A stretch of DNA of 63,946 nucleotides, filler included, from Octopus bimaculoides (taxonomy: Eukaryota), in the NCBI RefSeq assembly GCF_001194135.2. It is 5 parts of 5 records of this genome, joined end to end, with 100 filler letters (N's around TTAATTAATTAA, not from the genome) between each part and the next. Parts side by side here need not be neighbours in the genome. Positions count along the whole stretch, not along the records: positions 1 to 15,668 come from NC_068992.1; 4 more parts are not named here. One strand, 5' to 3'. Position 1 is the first letter of the stretch; each line of letters opens with the position of its first letter. Below are positions 1-12,154 of this stretch, one piece after another. The notes under the pieces were generated by a model. That model was not told the origin of the DNA. It saw only the letters and a list, made by a program, of their open reading frames with translations, and made no database searches. The position numbers and the translations under genes are program-made.

Positions 1-270
1 TCTGGGTTCAGTCCCAAAGCCATGTGAGTGGGTTTCGTAGACGGAATCTGAAAGACCGTCGTGTGTTTGTTCCCTCTCTCACCACCGCTGCTTGACAACT
101 GGCGTTGGTTTGTTTACGTCTCCGTAACATAGCAGTTCGCAAAAGATAAAATAAGTACCACGCTTAAAAAAAAAAAAAAAAGTAACGGGACTCGATTTAT
201 TCGAACTAAACCCTTCAAGCTGGTGCTCCGGCATGGGCGCAGTCCAGTAACTGAAACAAGAAAAGATTTA
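1..270 (+). mobile_element. SINE family A (tRNA-derived), partial diverged copy
   Basis: Matches the family A body and 3' end (gacaac..ggtttgtttacgtc..aataagtacc..gctccggcatgg..gaaacaag) repeated many times in the window. Confidence 0.8.
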
Positions 271-1229
271 TGACAAGTCGCCTCTCTTCCATGAGTTTAT
301 TTTTACGAGACAGAGAGACCCAGTACGATGTCCAACAGCAGGCTAACCTGGTTCGAGCAGGCCTAGCTTAGATGATATGGTCAATATAAAGACCTTTATA
401 TTGACTGACAATATAAAGACCTCTATATTGACTTATGGTATTGCATCGGTGTTCATTACATCCTTTTAGGGATAACCAAATATCTAAACGTATCCTGATT
501 CTTGGCATAACTATCGGAATGGGATTCAGTCTACCCAACTTTAGTTTCATGTAGCTTTCTTAATGCGCATTTCTCGTTGAAATTTTCTTTAGATACGTTT
601 TCGGTGGTGTACGTCACTATTTTTGTTCTTTTATTTTATCAAAATAATCGTTACTCTACACTCTAGAAAATATATATCCAGAAAATATCAATAAAAAGAA
701 TATATATTCCTCAGAAAGTTATGCAGTAACAAAACCGGGAACGGGAAGAATTATTCGAAACTAATAAAAAAAAAGCAAAAAAACTATTTCCCCCAACATA
801 ACTAATCTACCACCTAAAATGTATCTCGGAAAAATTTCTTCAAAAAGTAAGCGTTTTTAAGAAAAGTTAATAGGGAACTAAAATCCGTAGCGGGTAACAT
901 TTCTATAGTTATTGCTTGGTTGTGTAATAGGTTGGAGAAGTTTCCTTGTTCTCTGGAAGACCTTGGAATTTAAGAGGAGGGGGACAAACGATTAGATATG
1001 TCGGTCATACATTTTTCGCGGCATCAAACAGAGAATCGAAAGCTTATAGCTAAGTTGAATCGCTAGGTGAGAAGCTCTTCTGTTATATGGCAGACCGTTT
1101 TCAAAATGTTTATCACCAAAGAATGAGTCTTTGGTGTCGTTTGCAACAGTATAGTCTAATTCTCTCCCAAACTCTCCTTTAACGATAAGGAAGACTCTTA
1201 AAAGGCAAAACAAATACTTTGCTGTTCAT

Positions 1230-1390
1230 ATCCTTTCTACGTATAGGCACAAGGCCCGAAATTTTTTTTGGGGGGCGGGACTAGTCAATTACATCGACCC
1301 CAGTGCGTAACTGGTACTTAATTTATCGACCTCGAAAGGATGAAAGGCAAATCGACCTCGGCGGAATTTGAACTCAGAACGTAGCGACGG
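1230..1390 (-). mobile_element. SINE family B copy
   Basis: Reverse complement of gagttcaaattccgccgaggtcgatttgcctttcatcctttcgaggtcgataaattaagtaccag. Confidence 0.8.
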
Positions 1391-1439
1391 GCTTTGCTGT
1401 TGAAATATGACGAAAACATTTTCATTTACTTCGAGGCGC

Positions 1440-1830
1440 GGGTGTAGCTGTATGATTAAGGAGCCCGCTTTGCAATCATGTAGTTTCGAGTTCAGTCCTA
1501 AAGCGCGGTGCTTCACGCAAGTGTCTTCTACAATAGTTCCAGGCCGACCAAAGCATTGTGACTGAATTTGGTAGATGGAAACTGAAAGAAGCTCGTCGTA
1601 TATGTGTGTGTGTGTCTTTGTGTAGTGTTTGTACGCCACTAGTGCTTGAAAACCGGTGTTGGTTTATTTTCATCCCCGTGACTTAGTGGTTCGGTAAAAA
1701 TAACCAATCGAATAAGTACCAAACTTTGAAAAGAAAAAGTACTGGAGTTGATTTGTTCGCCTAAACCATTCGTTCCCAACCTGTGGTCCGCAAAGATAGT
1801 ACTGGAGTCCGTGAACTAAATTCAAAATTC
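1440..1830 (+). mobile_element. SINE family A copy, diverged
   Basis: Degenerate head, caagtgtcttcta..ggccgaccaaagc..gaaactgaaagaagc body and aataagtacc segment. Confidence 0.75.
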
Positions 1831-2905
1831 CATATATATATATATATACACATAAGGATAAGCATATTAAAGGGGATCCGTTTGAAAACTCATTTAAATA
1901 AAAAGGGTCCTTGGTAGCGAAAAAGTTGGGCACCACAGGATCAAACCCTTCAAGGTGTTTCCTCGGTATAGCAGCTGTCTAATGACTCAAACAAAAAAAA
2001 AAATTGAAAGCGATGTTTGAGAGGAGGGGAGGGTACATGTGGGTTATCCAAGCTTTTTGGTGATGTCAGCGTGGTTGGTGTTTATCTTGAACTTTCAGGT
2101 GTCAACCAATAACGCAATAGGCCCCAAAATATTTGGCTTCGAAATAAAATAATAAAAATAAAAAAAACTTTTGGGTCATTTGTAAATGGAATTTGATATT
2201 TTGTGTGTCCTCCAGCAAAAAAATTCAAACTGCTGAGATCTATCAACTTCTTCACGAAGTAGTTTTTTTAGAAATTGTTATCAGCAAAATGAAAACATTA
2301 TCCAGGGAATGGTAGAAATCCTACTGACTTCCAAAAGTTTTATTACGAAATATATAGTTATAAAATTAAAATATATAAAATAAAAAAGATATATACTGCT
2401 CAGAAGATTCAATACATTTTAGCAGTTTAATAAAAAATCATTTGCTTGTTTTCGTTTTTTTCTTTTTTTTCAAATTTAAAAGCTAATATAGAAATGAAAA
2501 AATAAAAGACATATTTCAATATATCAGTTATTTTACGAGTTTTGGTAAAATAAAAATCATATTTTGTATCATTTTTTTCTTCTTCTAGTTATAAATCTAT
2601 CAAATGTAACGTTTTAAAATTCATTTGCAACGAGAAAAAATAAAATAAAAATTATCCAAAATTCTCTTACCTCATCATTTTGTTATTTTAATAAGGTAAA
2701 ACATAATATTGATATGTTATGTTTGTTTAAAGAAAATATAAATTGGATTTCTACAAATATATATATATATAGTTTTTGAAAGTTTCGAGATTTTGATAAT
2801 TTTAAAATCGAAAGAAATAATGTATTTGTACGAAGAAAGAAAAAGAATAAAATTTGCACATCTGGTAGAGGTTGGACGAAGTTTGTTCCGATTTGAATGT
2901 TAAAA

Positions 2906-3802
2906 TTATTTCAGAGGCAACTGGAACATTCGAATTATGCTGGATTCATATTCAGTAAAGATAAGCCTCATGTTTTCAGTGACCCACATGCACCATGGTT
3001 GAGATAATCCGTCAGACTTGGACAAAAGCAAGCTTTCCATCGAACCGTTTGGTTCTATTTTATAAATTCTGCTGGTCACTCGACAAGCTATGTAAATATT
3101 GCCATACTTGTCGAGGGTGACTCCACAAGGAAACAACAGAGGCTCCTTCGGACCTTTATATACGAATATGGCCTTGCCAAACAGGTCACAACAAATCATA
3201 CACTGCAAGCCGAGGCTCCTGTCTCCGTTGTAACGAACTTCTGTTGTATAAAGGAGATTATTCCTGGTTCTAAGAGACGATGGAAATTTCACACGAAGAC
3301 CTTCCGTTCCTTCACCGATGTAATGGTTTATTCGGTTTAACACTTTTCCTTCGTAATTCAGAACATCGATGTAGCCGCACATGTTCGCAACCAACCTCTT
3401 GTGGTCGATAGCATCGATATCGATGTATTCCTTGTCAGTCTGAATTGTATTGGTTATACGTAATTGGTGATCAATATATTGAATAATGGCGAGCTGACTG
3501 ATTCCCTTGAGGGTGACGATAATATCCTTGGTTGGGGTCAGACAAGCGCGACGAGGATGGTGGTCAAATTCAACACTGTGTAGAAACCCACCCGATTGAT
3601 TGAACAATTTCAATCGCTTGTTGTTGAAATCAATCACAGCAATATTATTATCTTCGATAGTCAAAATCGAATGCAGCCTGCAAGTATATTCATCGTCTGG
3701 CAATTCTGCAGAAAATTCTTGTAAAAGCCCAACTTTTTCTCTCTCCACTTTTGCTGTTGCCGAATCCGCCATTTTCACTTGGGACTGGCCACTTTCTCTC
3801 AT
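2906..3802 (-). CDS. Intronless NHL-repeat (six-bladed beta-propeller) protein, TRIM-NHL C-terminal-like, 298 aa
   Basis: Uninterrupted ORF with NHL-like blades (NNIAVIDFNNKRLKLF, HPRRACLT, FPCGVTLDKYGNIYIAC, GLSQPWCM); in-frame TAA three codons upstream of the ATG. Confidence 0.8.
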   Translation of the reverse strand: MRESGQSQVKMADSATAKVEREKVGLLQEFSAELPDDEYTCRLHSILTIEDNNIAVIDFNNKRLKLFNQSGGFLHSVEFDHHPRRACLTPTKDIIVTLKGISQLAIIQYIDHQLRITNTIQTDKEYIDIDAIDHKRLVANMCGYIDVLNYEGKVLNRINHYIGEGTEGLRVKFPSSLRTRNNLLYTTEVRYNGDRSLGLQCMICCDLFGKAIFVYKGPKEPLLFPCGVTLDKYGNIYIACRVTSRIYKIEPNGSMESLLLSKSDGLSQPWCMWVTENMRLIFTEYESSIIRMFQLPLK

Positions 3803-3875
3803 ATATTTTTATGAGCGACTGACCGGAAAGTGACACTGGCTGAAGTCCTGAGCGGGTGGTGAATTCGTTACCTTC

Positions 3876-3883
3876 TGACGTCA
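3876..3883. promoter_or_regulatory. Full CRE palindrome TGACGTCA about 75 bp upstream of the NHL ATG
   Basis: Exact TGACGTCA in a CpG-containing patch 5' of the ORF; ETS-like CCGGAAAGT at 3823-3831. Confidence 0.4.
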
Positions 3884-4489
3884 CAAAACCTCGCTTGTTT
3901 ATTCATTTATTTGTTTTGTTTTGTGTAGTGCGAACCATGTATGGTGTGACTGCTTGCACGTATGTAGATATATGTATATGTGAGAGAAAGAGAGAGAGAG
4001 AGAGAGTGGACGGTGGAAACACGTGAAATTTTAAATGACCAGTAAGTATTATCTGGACCAAAGGCTGGCGTTGATGCTGCTGGACGGCTGTTAGGGGATG
4101 TTGGCTTCAATAGCAGCAGTGAATGATTGTATGCCATCAGCAAGGCTACCCCTGTATGTCTACCTACATCCAGATGGCCATAGCAAGGAGTAAAGGAATT
4201 ACTCGTGTGTGTGATTGTGTGTGTGTGCGCGCGCGCTCTTGCAATGTCACAGGGTCAAATTTTTGTTGGGAACAAATCTGTATGCATGCGTGCGTGCTTG
4301 TATGTGTGTGTGAGCCCACATATAACAAAAACTTGACCCTGTACAATGCAAGACTACACACGTGCGCGCGCACACATACACTCACATGCATATATACAAG
4401 TATATATGTATGCATATATATACATTATTGGTGTGTGAGCTCACGACGGAAATTTCACACGAGAGAGAGAGAGAGAAAGAAAGAAATGG

Positions 4490-4632
4490 ATACAAATTCC
4501 GCCAAGGTCGACTTTCCCTTTCGTCCTTTCGGGGCCGATAAATAAAGTATCAATTGAGTACTGGCGTCGATGTAATCGACTTGCCTCTTCTCCCAAAATT
4601 TCAGGCCTTGTGCCTATATTAGAAAAGATTAT
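4490..4632 (+). mobile_element. SINE family B, 3' part
   Basis: aattccgccaaggtcgactt..gataaataaagtatc..aaatttcaggccttgtgcctat..gattattat tail. Confidence 0.75.
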
Positions 4633-4635
4633 TAT

Positions 4636-5160
4636 ATGAAAACTCACAGCTTATTTTGCTGGGTATGATGGAAAGTATCAGCTGTCCACTGCCAGCAGAC
4701 TAAAGTGACACTTGTTGACTGATCGTGCTTCAAGAACCCTGCGAAGAATTATTGCAGTTCCAAGCAATTCTGATTTTTGCAGTTGTTCTACCTTCACACT
4801 TTGACTGATCTTTTTCAGCCATGTTGCTAGTTGAGTGCTGATACTTCCAAGTGCACCAATTACTATTGGCATCATGTCTACTCTCTTCATTGACCACAAC
4901 CTTCGTATTTCCCATTTCAAATCGTCAAAGCTGTTTATTTTCTTCTTCTTTGATATGTATCCTGTTGTCACCGGAGCATGTTATGTCGATTATCATACAT
5001 GTTCTTTCTTTTTTATTCACCACCACAATGTCCGGTTTCCGATGTCTGGTTGGGTGGTCGCATTGATCATTGCATCCTACAGGATTTTGCAATTCTCATT
5101 CTCGGTGTCTCCTTCTGAGGTTTGTTCATACCACGTCTTTGCTCTTTGTAGGCCGTGATT
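4636..5160 (-). mobile_element. R4/Dong-like non-LTR retrotransposon 3' fragment (restriction-like endonuclease domain)
   Basis: Frameshifted DLKWEIRRLW..MPIVIGALG..LLGTAIILRRVLE, preceded by a KPDIVVV segment. Confidence 0.8.
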
Positions 5161-6330
5161 TTCACAGAACTCCCAATGGATCATTCTTGCCACATTGTTA
5201 TGGCGTCTTTTGTTATTCGCGTTGTGCCATGATTATTATTGAGTGAAAGAGCAATGCATGCCATCAAAGTGATAGCAGTGCATGCCATCAAAGTGATAGC
5301 AGTGCATGCCATCAAAGTAAGACTGGGGTAAAATATACGAAGCCCATTATACCCAGCATGACTACTTGTCTGATAAGGATACACCAGGCACATGCATCAC
5401 AACCATGGTGATCTCAATATAAACAGCGCATGACTTTGCAGGTGGGGACCCAGTTAGAATTTTCTTCAGGTCGAGTAGCCCATCCCGCTCAAAAGGTACC
5501 TGAATAAAGGTTGTTTAAGGATGATGAACAAAACACCCATGTTTCCAAATGTGAATTATCCAAACCCCAAAGAATTCCTCTCGACACATGGCTATGATGC
5601 TCCCCCACCACTACTTCTGCTCGTGCTCAGAGATGCACATATCATCAGCCACTAAGGAACATGCTCAACTGGTTAAGGTCAAACAACTGACAAGCAAATC
5701 TGTGGTATCAAGCAGAATATTTGCTGTAGCCCATCTTTTTATACCAAGACAAAACAATGTACATGATAGCACTTCCAATCAGTTGATTACTATTATTACC
5801 TCCACCTTAGAGAAGGCACAGGTCTTGCTTTCAGTCGTGTTCGTTCGTTTGTTTATTTGCTTGTCCATGGACAAGATATCCCAAGAACCGCTGGATGGAT
5901 TCGGTTGAAACTTTCAGGGACGTTTGGCCTCATGACTGGCACGAACTGATTAGATTTTGGGATCGATCCGATACCGGACAAGGATTCTGGATTATTTTTC
6001 CTGTTTTTTTTTTTTTTTTTTTTTTNNNNNNNNNNNNNNNNNNNNNNNNNNNNNNNNNNNNNNNNNNNNNNNNNNNNNNNNNNNNNNNNNNNNNNNNNNN
6101 NNNNNNNNNNNNNNNNNNNNNNNNNNNNNNNNNNNNNNNNNNNNNNNNNNNNNNNNNNNNNNNNNNNNNNNNNNNNNNNNNNNNNNNNNNNNNNNNNNNN
6201 NNNNNNNNNNNNNNNNNNNNNNNNNNNNNNNNNNNNNNNNNNNNNNNNNNNNNNNNNNNNNNNNNNNNNNNNNNNNNNNNNNNNNNNNNNNNNNNNNNNN
6301 NNNNNNNNNNNNNNNNNNNNNNNNNNNNNN

Positions 6331-6420
6331 NTATTATTATTATTATTGTTATTGTTATTGTTATTGTTATTGTTATTGTTATTGTTATTGTTATTGTTAT
6401 TATTATTATTATTGTTATTA

Positions 6421-6464
<44 letters not shown>
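6331..6464. repeat. (TAT/TGT)n microsatellite next to gap
   Basis: Direct inspection. Confidence 0.95.
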
Positions 6465-6469
6465 GTGAC

Positions 6470-6692
6470 GGGTTGGCAAAACCGTTAGCACGCTGGACGA
6501 AATGCTTGTCGGTATTTTGCTCATCGCTACGGTCTGAGTTCAAATTCCGCCGAGTTCGGCTTTGCTTTTCATTCTTTTGGGGTCGATAAATTAAGTACCA
6601 GCGTAACACTGGAGTTTTAAGAAACAACTTCCCTCTCCCTTCAAATTTTAGGCTTTGTGTCTATAGTAGAAAGGATTATTATTATTATTATT
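6470..6692 (+). mobile_element. SINE family B copy
   Basis: ggcaaaaccgttagcacg..gagttcaaattccgccgag..gataaattaagtacc..(TTA)n tail. Confidence 0.8.
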
Positions 6693-6925
6693 CCTTCGTA
6701 ACACTGTAGGTACAAATGCACCGGAGTCTTTAGTCATCTGTCAAATCGCAACGAGCACCTCAGACAGCTAATACTTTCCTCAAGATGTGCGCTGTGCCCA
6801 ATAAGGCTGCTTTTTACAAAACATCAATCTTCCATGGGATTTCCAGTTGCCTTAAGAAGCCTTGAACTTTCAATGGAATTGAGCCCAATGCTCCGATTAC
6901 CACTGGTATCACTTTTACATTACAC
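6693..6925 (-). mobile_element. R4/Dong-like RLE 3' fragment
   Basis: Minus strand reads VKVIPVVIGALGSIP..AALLGTAHILRKVL. Confidence 0.7.
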
Positions 6926-6929
6926 TATT

Positions 6930-7565
6930 ATTATATGTTTGACTTTTGCTTTGTATTTGTACAAGTTGACTCCAAGTCTCACCCAGAGACCTCAAGAGAC
7001 AACAAGTTAGAAGTTCATGTAGGTGTTATGTCTAAGGTGTCATATATTTGGTTTTGCACATAGTATTACGAGTTTGTTTTCAAATTTGAGATTACAAAGA
7101 CAGTATTTTATGTAGGATATGGGTAGTTTCCATGAGCACTATCTTTTGAATTTCTACCATTTTCGGGTTTCCTGGTATCTGAGCTAAGTAGCAATCATCT
7201 CCTTTTGCTATCATTCCTAGGGCACCTCTGACAACAGGCATTGTTTTAGTCTTGAGGTTCCACATTTTGCCAATTTCTATTTCAAGATCTTTATACTTGC
7301 TCAATTTTTGGTAGGTCTTGAGAGATACATTTATGTCGATTGGGACAGTCATATTAATGAGGAGACATAATTTTTGTCTGAAGTCTTTCATTACAATGTC
7401 TGGCTTATTCGCATCTATCTTTCTGTCAGTTTGAACAGTGACGTTCCAGAGGTGTGAGATGTGATCATTTTCAGGCACTGGAGGGGGTTTGTGTTCCCAC
7501 CAGTTTTTATCATGAGGCAGTTCCAGATTTTTTCAAATTACTAAGTCAATATAGGGCTTTCCTAT
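6930..7565 (-). mobile_element. R4/Dong-like RLE 3' fragment with 3' UTR
   Basis: ORF 7092-7478: ANKPDIV..KLSKYKDLEIEIGKMW..PVVRGALG; upstream NWWEHKPPPV. Confidence 0.85.
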
Positions 7566-8294
7566 AAGGTGTTATCCACCCCTGATTGGAACTCTCCCGT
7601 ATGACATGTACGCATGCTCAGTGACTTGCTTTAACAGTTGCAATCAGCTGAATGCACATTGCCAGTGACATTTGACATAATTACCCACACTCTGTGGTCA
7701 GGATTCTTTTTTTGGTTTGATGTCGGTATTGAAGGGATTACCAGACACCGGACAATACAGTGAGAGCAGCTTTCACTCACATCGTGGTATTCGATGCTGT
7801 GTACGTGTCTGTCGTGGTAAAATATGCCACTCCTTAACTGTTGCTTTGCTTTCATCCGTAGCACGAGNNNNNNNNNNACATATCGACAGAATTTTTATAC
7901 CTTTCAATCAAGTCCGCCTTTCTTCCAGTAACATACTGTCCATATAATCTTAAATATTTCTTTAACTCAGGCACAATAAGTACTTCGATAGCTGAATCAT
8001 CAAGCTGCTTTATATCCATGATAAGACGTAAAACAATAACAATGGCGTGGGTTAGCCTCCGGAAGTTTAATTATCTACATGGAGCGCCGCCTAGCCGAGG
8101 GAGATAACCTACTTATAGGAAAGCCGTATACTGTGCTGCTCTATCATGCCTGTTGAGATACTCTGTAGGCGCAAGAAGACTGCACATGGAGACAACATGA
8201 ATGGTTTCATTTTGTTGTTTACATACTCGACACGTTGGGCGTTCTTTAATATGTTGGCCTGGCAGCTCCTTGTAGGTAGATATTATTATTATTA

Positions 8295-8510
8295 TTAAGG
8301 CAGTGGGCTGGTAGAATCATTATCATGCCAGACAAAATGCTTAGCAGTATTTCGTCTGTCTTTACCTTCCGAGTTCAAATTCCGATGGGGTCTACTTTGC
8401 TTTTCATCCTTTCCCAGTCGATAACATACGCACCAGTTGAGCACTAGAGTTGATGTCATCAACGTAATCCACCTCCACTGAAATTGCTGGCCTTGTGTCA
8501 AAATTATTGT
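8295..8510 (+). mobile_element. SINE family B copy
   Basis: ggcagtgggctggtagaatc..gagttcaaattcc..ttttcatcc..ggccttgtg. Confidence 0.75.
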
Positions 8511-9359
8511 TGTTGTTGTTGTTGTTTTGGTTTGGCTCAGGTTCGGTCTTATTCCTGGCAGGATTTATGTGGGTAAAGGGTTACTACATTGTTAAATTTA
8601 GTGCTAAAAAAAGGTAAAATTATCATTAAAAATCAATTGAATAATATAAAAATACATGTTTTTTTTCAAACAATGATATAAAGTCATTTAACAAAGTTAA
8701 AAACGTTACTTATCGCTACGCTGCTGCAGTTCAAACTAAAACTTAGACGTTAAACTCAGAACTAGAGCGTTTATTAGAAAAAGGTCGATACCTTTTTTAA
8801 CACTAAATTAATTAGTAGTAAGTGTATCATCTTAGCCTAAACTAAGACTTCGATTAGATTAGGGTTGAATTTTTTCCCTTAATACTGTTTAATATTTCTT
8901 TTTATTTTATGGGATAAATAACTAGTCTTTTTATTTCATTTCTTTGATTATACAATATCGTTAATTGTTTTATTATGACTTAAGTTATATAAAGTTTAAT
9001 CTTTCATTCATAATAAAATTTTCATTCATATTTTTATATCTATTTATTCTATTCTTTTTCTTTACGCAATATTTTCACTAGACTTCTTTTAAATAAACGC
9101 TTTTAGTCTAAAATCTTCTAGTTTAAACTATTGCATCGTTTAGATCTGTGCTACTTCTATCTTTATTATTTTAACCTAAAACTTCGTTCAAATTGTATTT
9201 AAACGAAAAATTCGTTAAAGTTGGTTTTTGCATATAATATTCCTGTTAGCTTGTATTATAATGGACGTAGGGCTGGTTATGGAATGTTTATAATTTTGAT
9301 ATTTTTAATATTTTTCTATCTTAATATAATAAATATTTTATATACATTCATTTGTTACT

Positions 9360-9916
9360 CTTCTGGCCGATCTCCTTGTTTAAGTTGCTGAATGCTGCCA
9401 TAATCCTTGCCTTCAGTTCATCTTTGGTGTTACAAGGAGTTTTGTTGGTTTCTCACTCAACTGCGCCCCACACATAATAATCAGGGGAGTTGCAGACTGG
9501 GGAGTCAGGTGGACAGATGTTAGGGATGATGTGGTCGCAGAAATTGTCTGACAACCATGACTGGGTTCTCCTGCTTGTGTGGCATGGTGCAGATTCCTGT
9601 TGCCAGACATAGGGTGTTCCAGCAGCCACCCTCTTGACCCAAGGCAGCACCACCTCCTCCAGGCACTTGATGTAGGCCTCTGTGTTGAGTCTGAGGCTGT
9701 GTGGGAAGATGAATGGAGGCATAACATTTCTGTCACTAGTGATCGCTAAAACACCATGATGTTGGCTGGATGTTTGATATTTATCACTCTCGGTACATGT
9801 CCTCAGATTGCATTGTCCTCAGATTGACACCCAAACACTCTGAAATGTTTGTATTAGAGCATGAATGCCAGGTAGTACAACATATCGTTTCCAAATTTCT
9901 GGCCGAGTGAATTGTA
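9360..9916 (-). mobile_element. Tc1/mariner transposase relic (maT/DD37D-like motifs)
   Basis: MPPFIFPHSLRLNTEAYIKCLEEVVLPWVKRV..WQQESAPCHTS..PPDSPVCNSPDYYVWGAVE. Confidence 0.8.
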
Positions 9917-10059
9917 TTATGGTGCTGTTTTTCTCATAGACAGTCCTCAATTGCCCCTACTATACTATGTAGTCGACAAAATCAAAAACAAACAATGCAC
10001 ATGCATGAAATTAAAAATGTAAAATGGCAAGAATTTACCATAACAACCTATATATTCAC

Positions 10060-10447
10060 AATGGGCTTGTTTCAGTTTCCATCCACCAAATCTACTCACA
10101 AAGCTTTTGTAGGCCCAAGGCTATAGTAGAAGATACTTGCCCAAGGTGCCATGCAGTGGGACTGAACCCTGAACCATGTGGTTGGGAAGCAAGCTACTTA
10201 CCACACAGCCACATCTGTGTGTGTGTTTGTGTATGTCCTTGTGTTGGTTTCTTTGCCTCCTCCCTCCCCACTGCTTACCAACTGGTGTTGGTTTGTTTAT
10301 GTTCCTGTAGTTTAGCGTCAGCAAAAGAGACTGGCACAATAAGTGCCAAGCTTAAAAAAAAAAGTACAGAGGTCAACTAAAAATTCCTCAACGCAGTGCC
10401 CCAGCATGGCTGCAATTTAATGACAGAAACAAGTTAAAAGATAAAAG
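10060..10447. mobile_element. SINE family A pieces: 5' half on minus (10060-10216) and 3' half on plus (10217-10447)
   Basis: Head motifs reverse-complemented, followed by a plus-strand tail ending gaaacaagttaaaagataaaag. Confidence 0.7.
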
Positions 10448-10546
10448 TTCGGCAGTACATATACTAAAATTGGAACAATACAGAGAAGGTTGGCATGGCC
10501 CCTGCGCAAGGATGACATGCAAATTCATGAAGCATTCGATATTTTT
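10448..10546 (+). pseudogene. U6: U6 snRNA retropseudogene lacking about the first 8 nt
   Basis: TTCGGCAGTACATATACTAAAATTGGAACAATACAGAGAAGGTTGGCATGGCCCCTGCGCAAGGATGACATGCAAATTCATGAAGCATTCGATATTTTT is near-identical to U6 as recalled; four CpG transitions; upstream sequence is a SINE tail rather than a promoter. Confidence 0.92.
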
Positions 10547-10550
10547 CTAT

Positions 10551-11103
10551 AGGAGTAGGAGTGGCTGTGTGGTAAGTAGCTTGCTTACTAACCACATGGT
10601 TCCGGGTTCATTCCCACTGCGTGGCACCTTGGGCAAGTGTTGTCTACTATAACCTCGGGCCGACCAAAGCCTTGTGAGTGGATTTGGTAGATGGAAACTG
10701 AAAGAAGCCCGCCGTATATATGTATATATATATACATAGCTACTTACCACCTAGTTCTGGGTTCATTCCCACTGTGTGGCACCTTGGGCAAGTGTCTTAT
10801 ACTATAGCCTCGGGCCGACCAAAGCCTTGTGAGAATATTTGGTAGACGGAAACTGAAAGAAGCCTGTTGTATATATGCATGTGTGTGTATGTGTTTGTGT
10901 GTCTGTGTTTGTCCCCCCAGCATCGCTTGATAACCGATGCTGGTGTGTTTATATCCCCGTAACATAGCGGTTCGGCAAAATAGACCGATAGAATAAGTAC
11001 TAGGCTTACAAAGAATAAGTCCTGGGGTCGATTTGCTTGACTATAAAGGCGGTGCTCCAGCATGGCCGCAGTCAAACGACTGAAACAAGTTAAAAGATAA
11101 AAG
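10551..11103 (+). mobile_element. SINE family A with internally duplicated 5' half
   Basis: A-box-like gtggctgtgtggtaag, B-box-like gggttcattccc, head repeated at about 10740, complete tail. Confidence 0.9.
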
Positions 11104-11599
11104 ATAACAATGAAGTATAGAAAGTACAATGAAGTTTGAAAAATAAAAAGAAGAAATAGATAATCAAATAAATAAATAGCTTAGTCTGCTGCCTCAGCCA
11201 GCAACCAAATAGTAAGTTTGACCCACACAATATAACAGCAAGTGGTCAGATAATGGTTTGACCTACTGTGTGTAAGCAGCCCAGTAACAACCCCACCCGC
11301 TGACTATTTTTTAAACCTGATGACCAACACAGTTTTAAGGTTTTATACTTCAGAAAGATAAAAAAAAAATAAAATTAAAGAAAATAAAAAATTAAAAACA
11401 CTTAAAAGAAACAAAACAACAACCTTGTCTTACAATAAAGACAGGGCTGAATAGCAAGCATATGCTTAAAGCNNNNNNNNNNNNNNNNNNNNNNNNNNNN
11501 NNNNNNNNNNNNNNNNNNNNNNNNNNNNNNNNNNNNNNNNNNNNNNNNNNNNNNNNNNNNNNNNNNNNNNNNAAGAAAGGGAGGGGAGGGGAGGGAGGG

Positions 11600-11900
11600 A
11601 GAGAAAGAGGAAGAGAAATATTGACAGATACACAAACAGACACACAGACAGGCAGACAGATAGACAGACAGACATATAGAAAGACCAGGCAGACAGACAT
11701 ACAGACAGATGGACAGAGATACAGATATACATACAGACATACATACAGACAGGCAGACACATAGACACACTGATAGACAGACTGGCAGATAGACATACTT
11801 ACATAGAGACATACAGACAGACAGACATATAGACAGACAGGCAGACAGATATACAGACAGACACATACAGATGGACATACAGACAGACAGACAGGCAGGC
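11600..11900. repeat. (GACA/GATA/TACA)n compound microsatellite
   Basis: Direct inspection. Confidence 0.9.
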
Positions 11901-12154
11901 AGAGGAAGGAGATTCATGACAAAACAGATACTTTATCAGTGGCATAACCAAATTTTTCCTCTTCTGTCAGTTTACAAACTCTCCCACTTTCTCCCCACTT
12001 TCTCCCCACCTCACTCTCTGTCTCTGTGTTTAACCTTAACCACATATTTCAAAAGTCCTGAAGTTGGTTGACAACGTCTTCCAAAATATAGACAGGAGGG
12101 TCACAGTTGGATTGTCAAAACATAACACAATAAACATTTTATGTTTGTATATCC

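Noticed and set aside
5255-5318. 24-bp tandem repeat, about 2.7 copies
   Set aside because: Simple local slippage, no further structure; the same applies to the 37-bp duplication at 29801-29875
10448-10546. Functional U6 gene
   Set aside because: 5' end missing, CpG decay, and the upstream sequence is a SINE tail rather than a snRNA promoter
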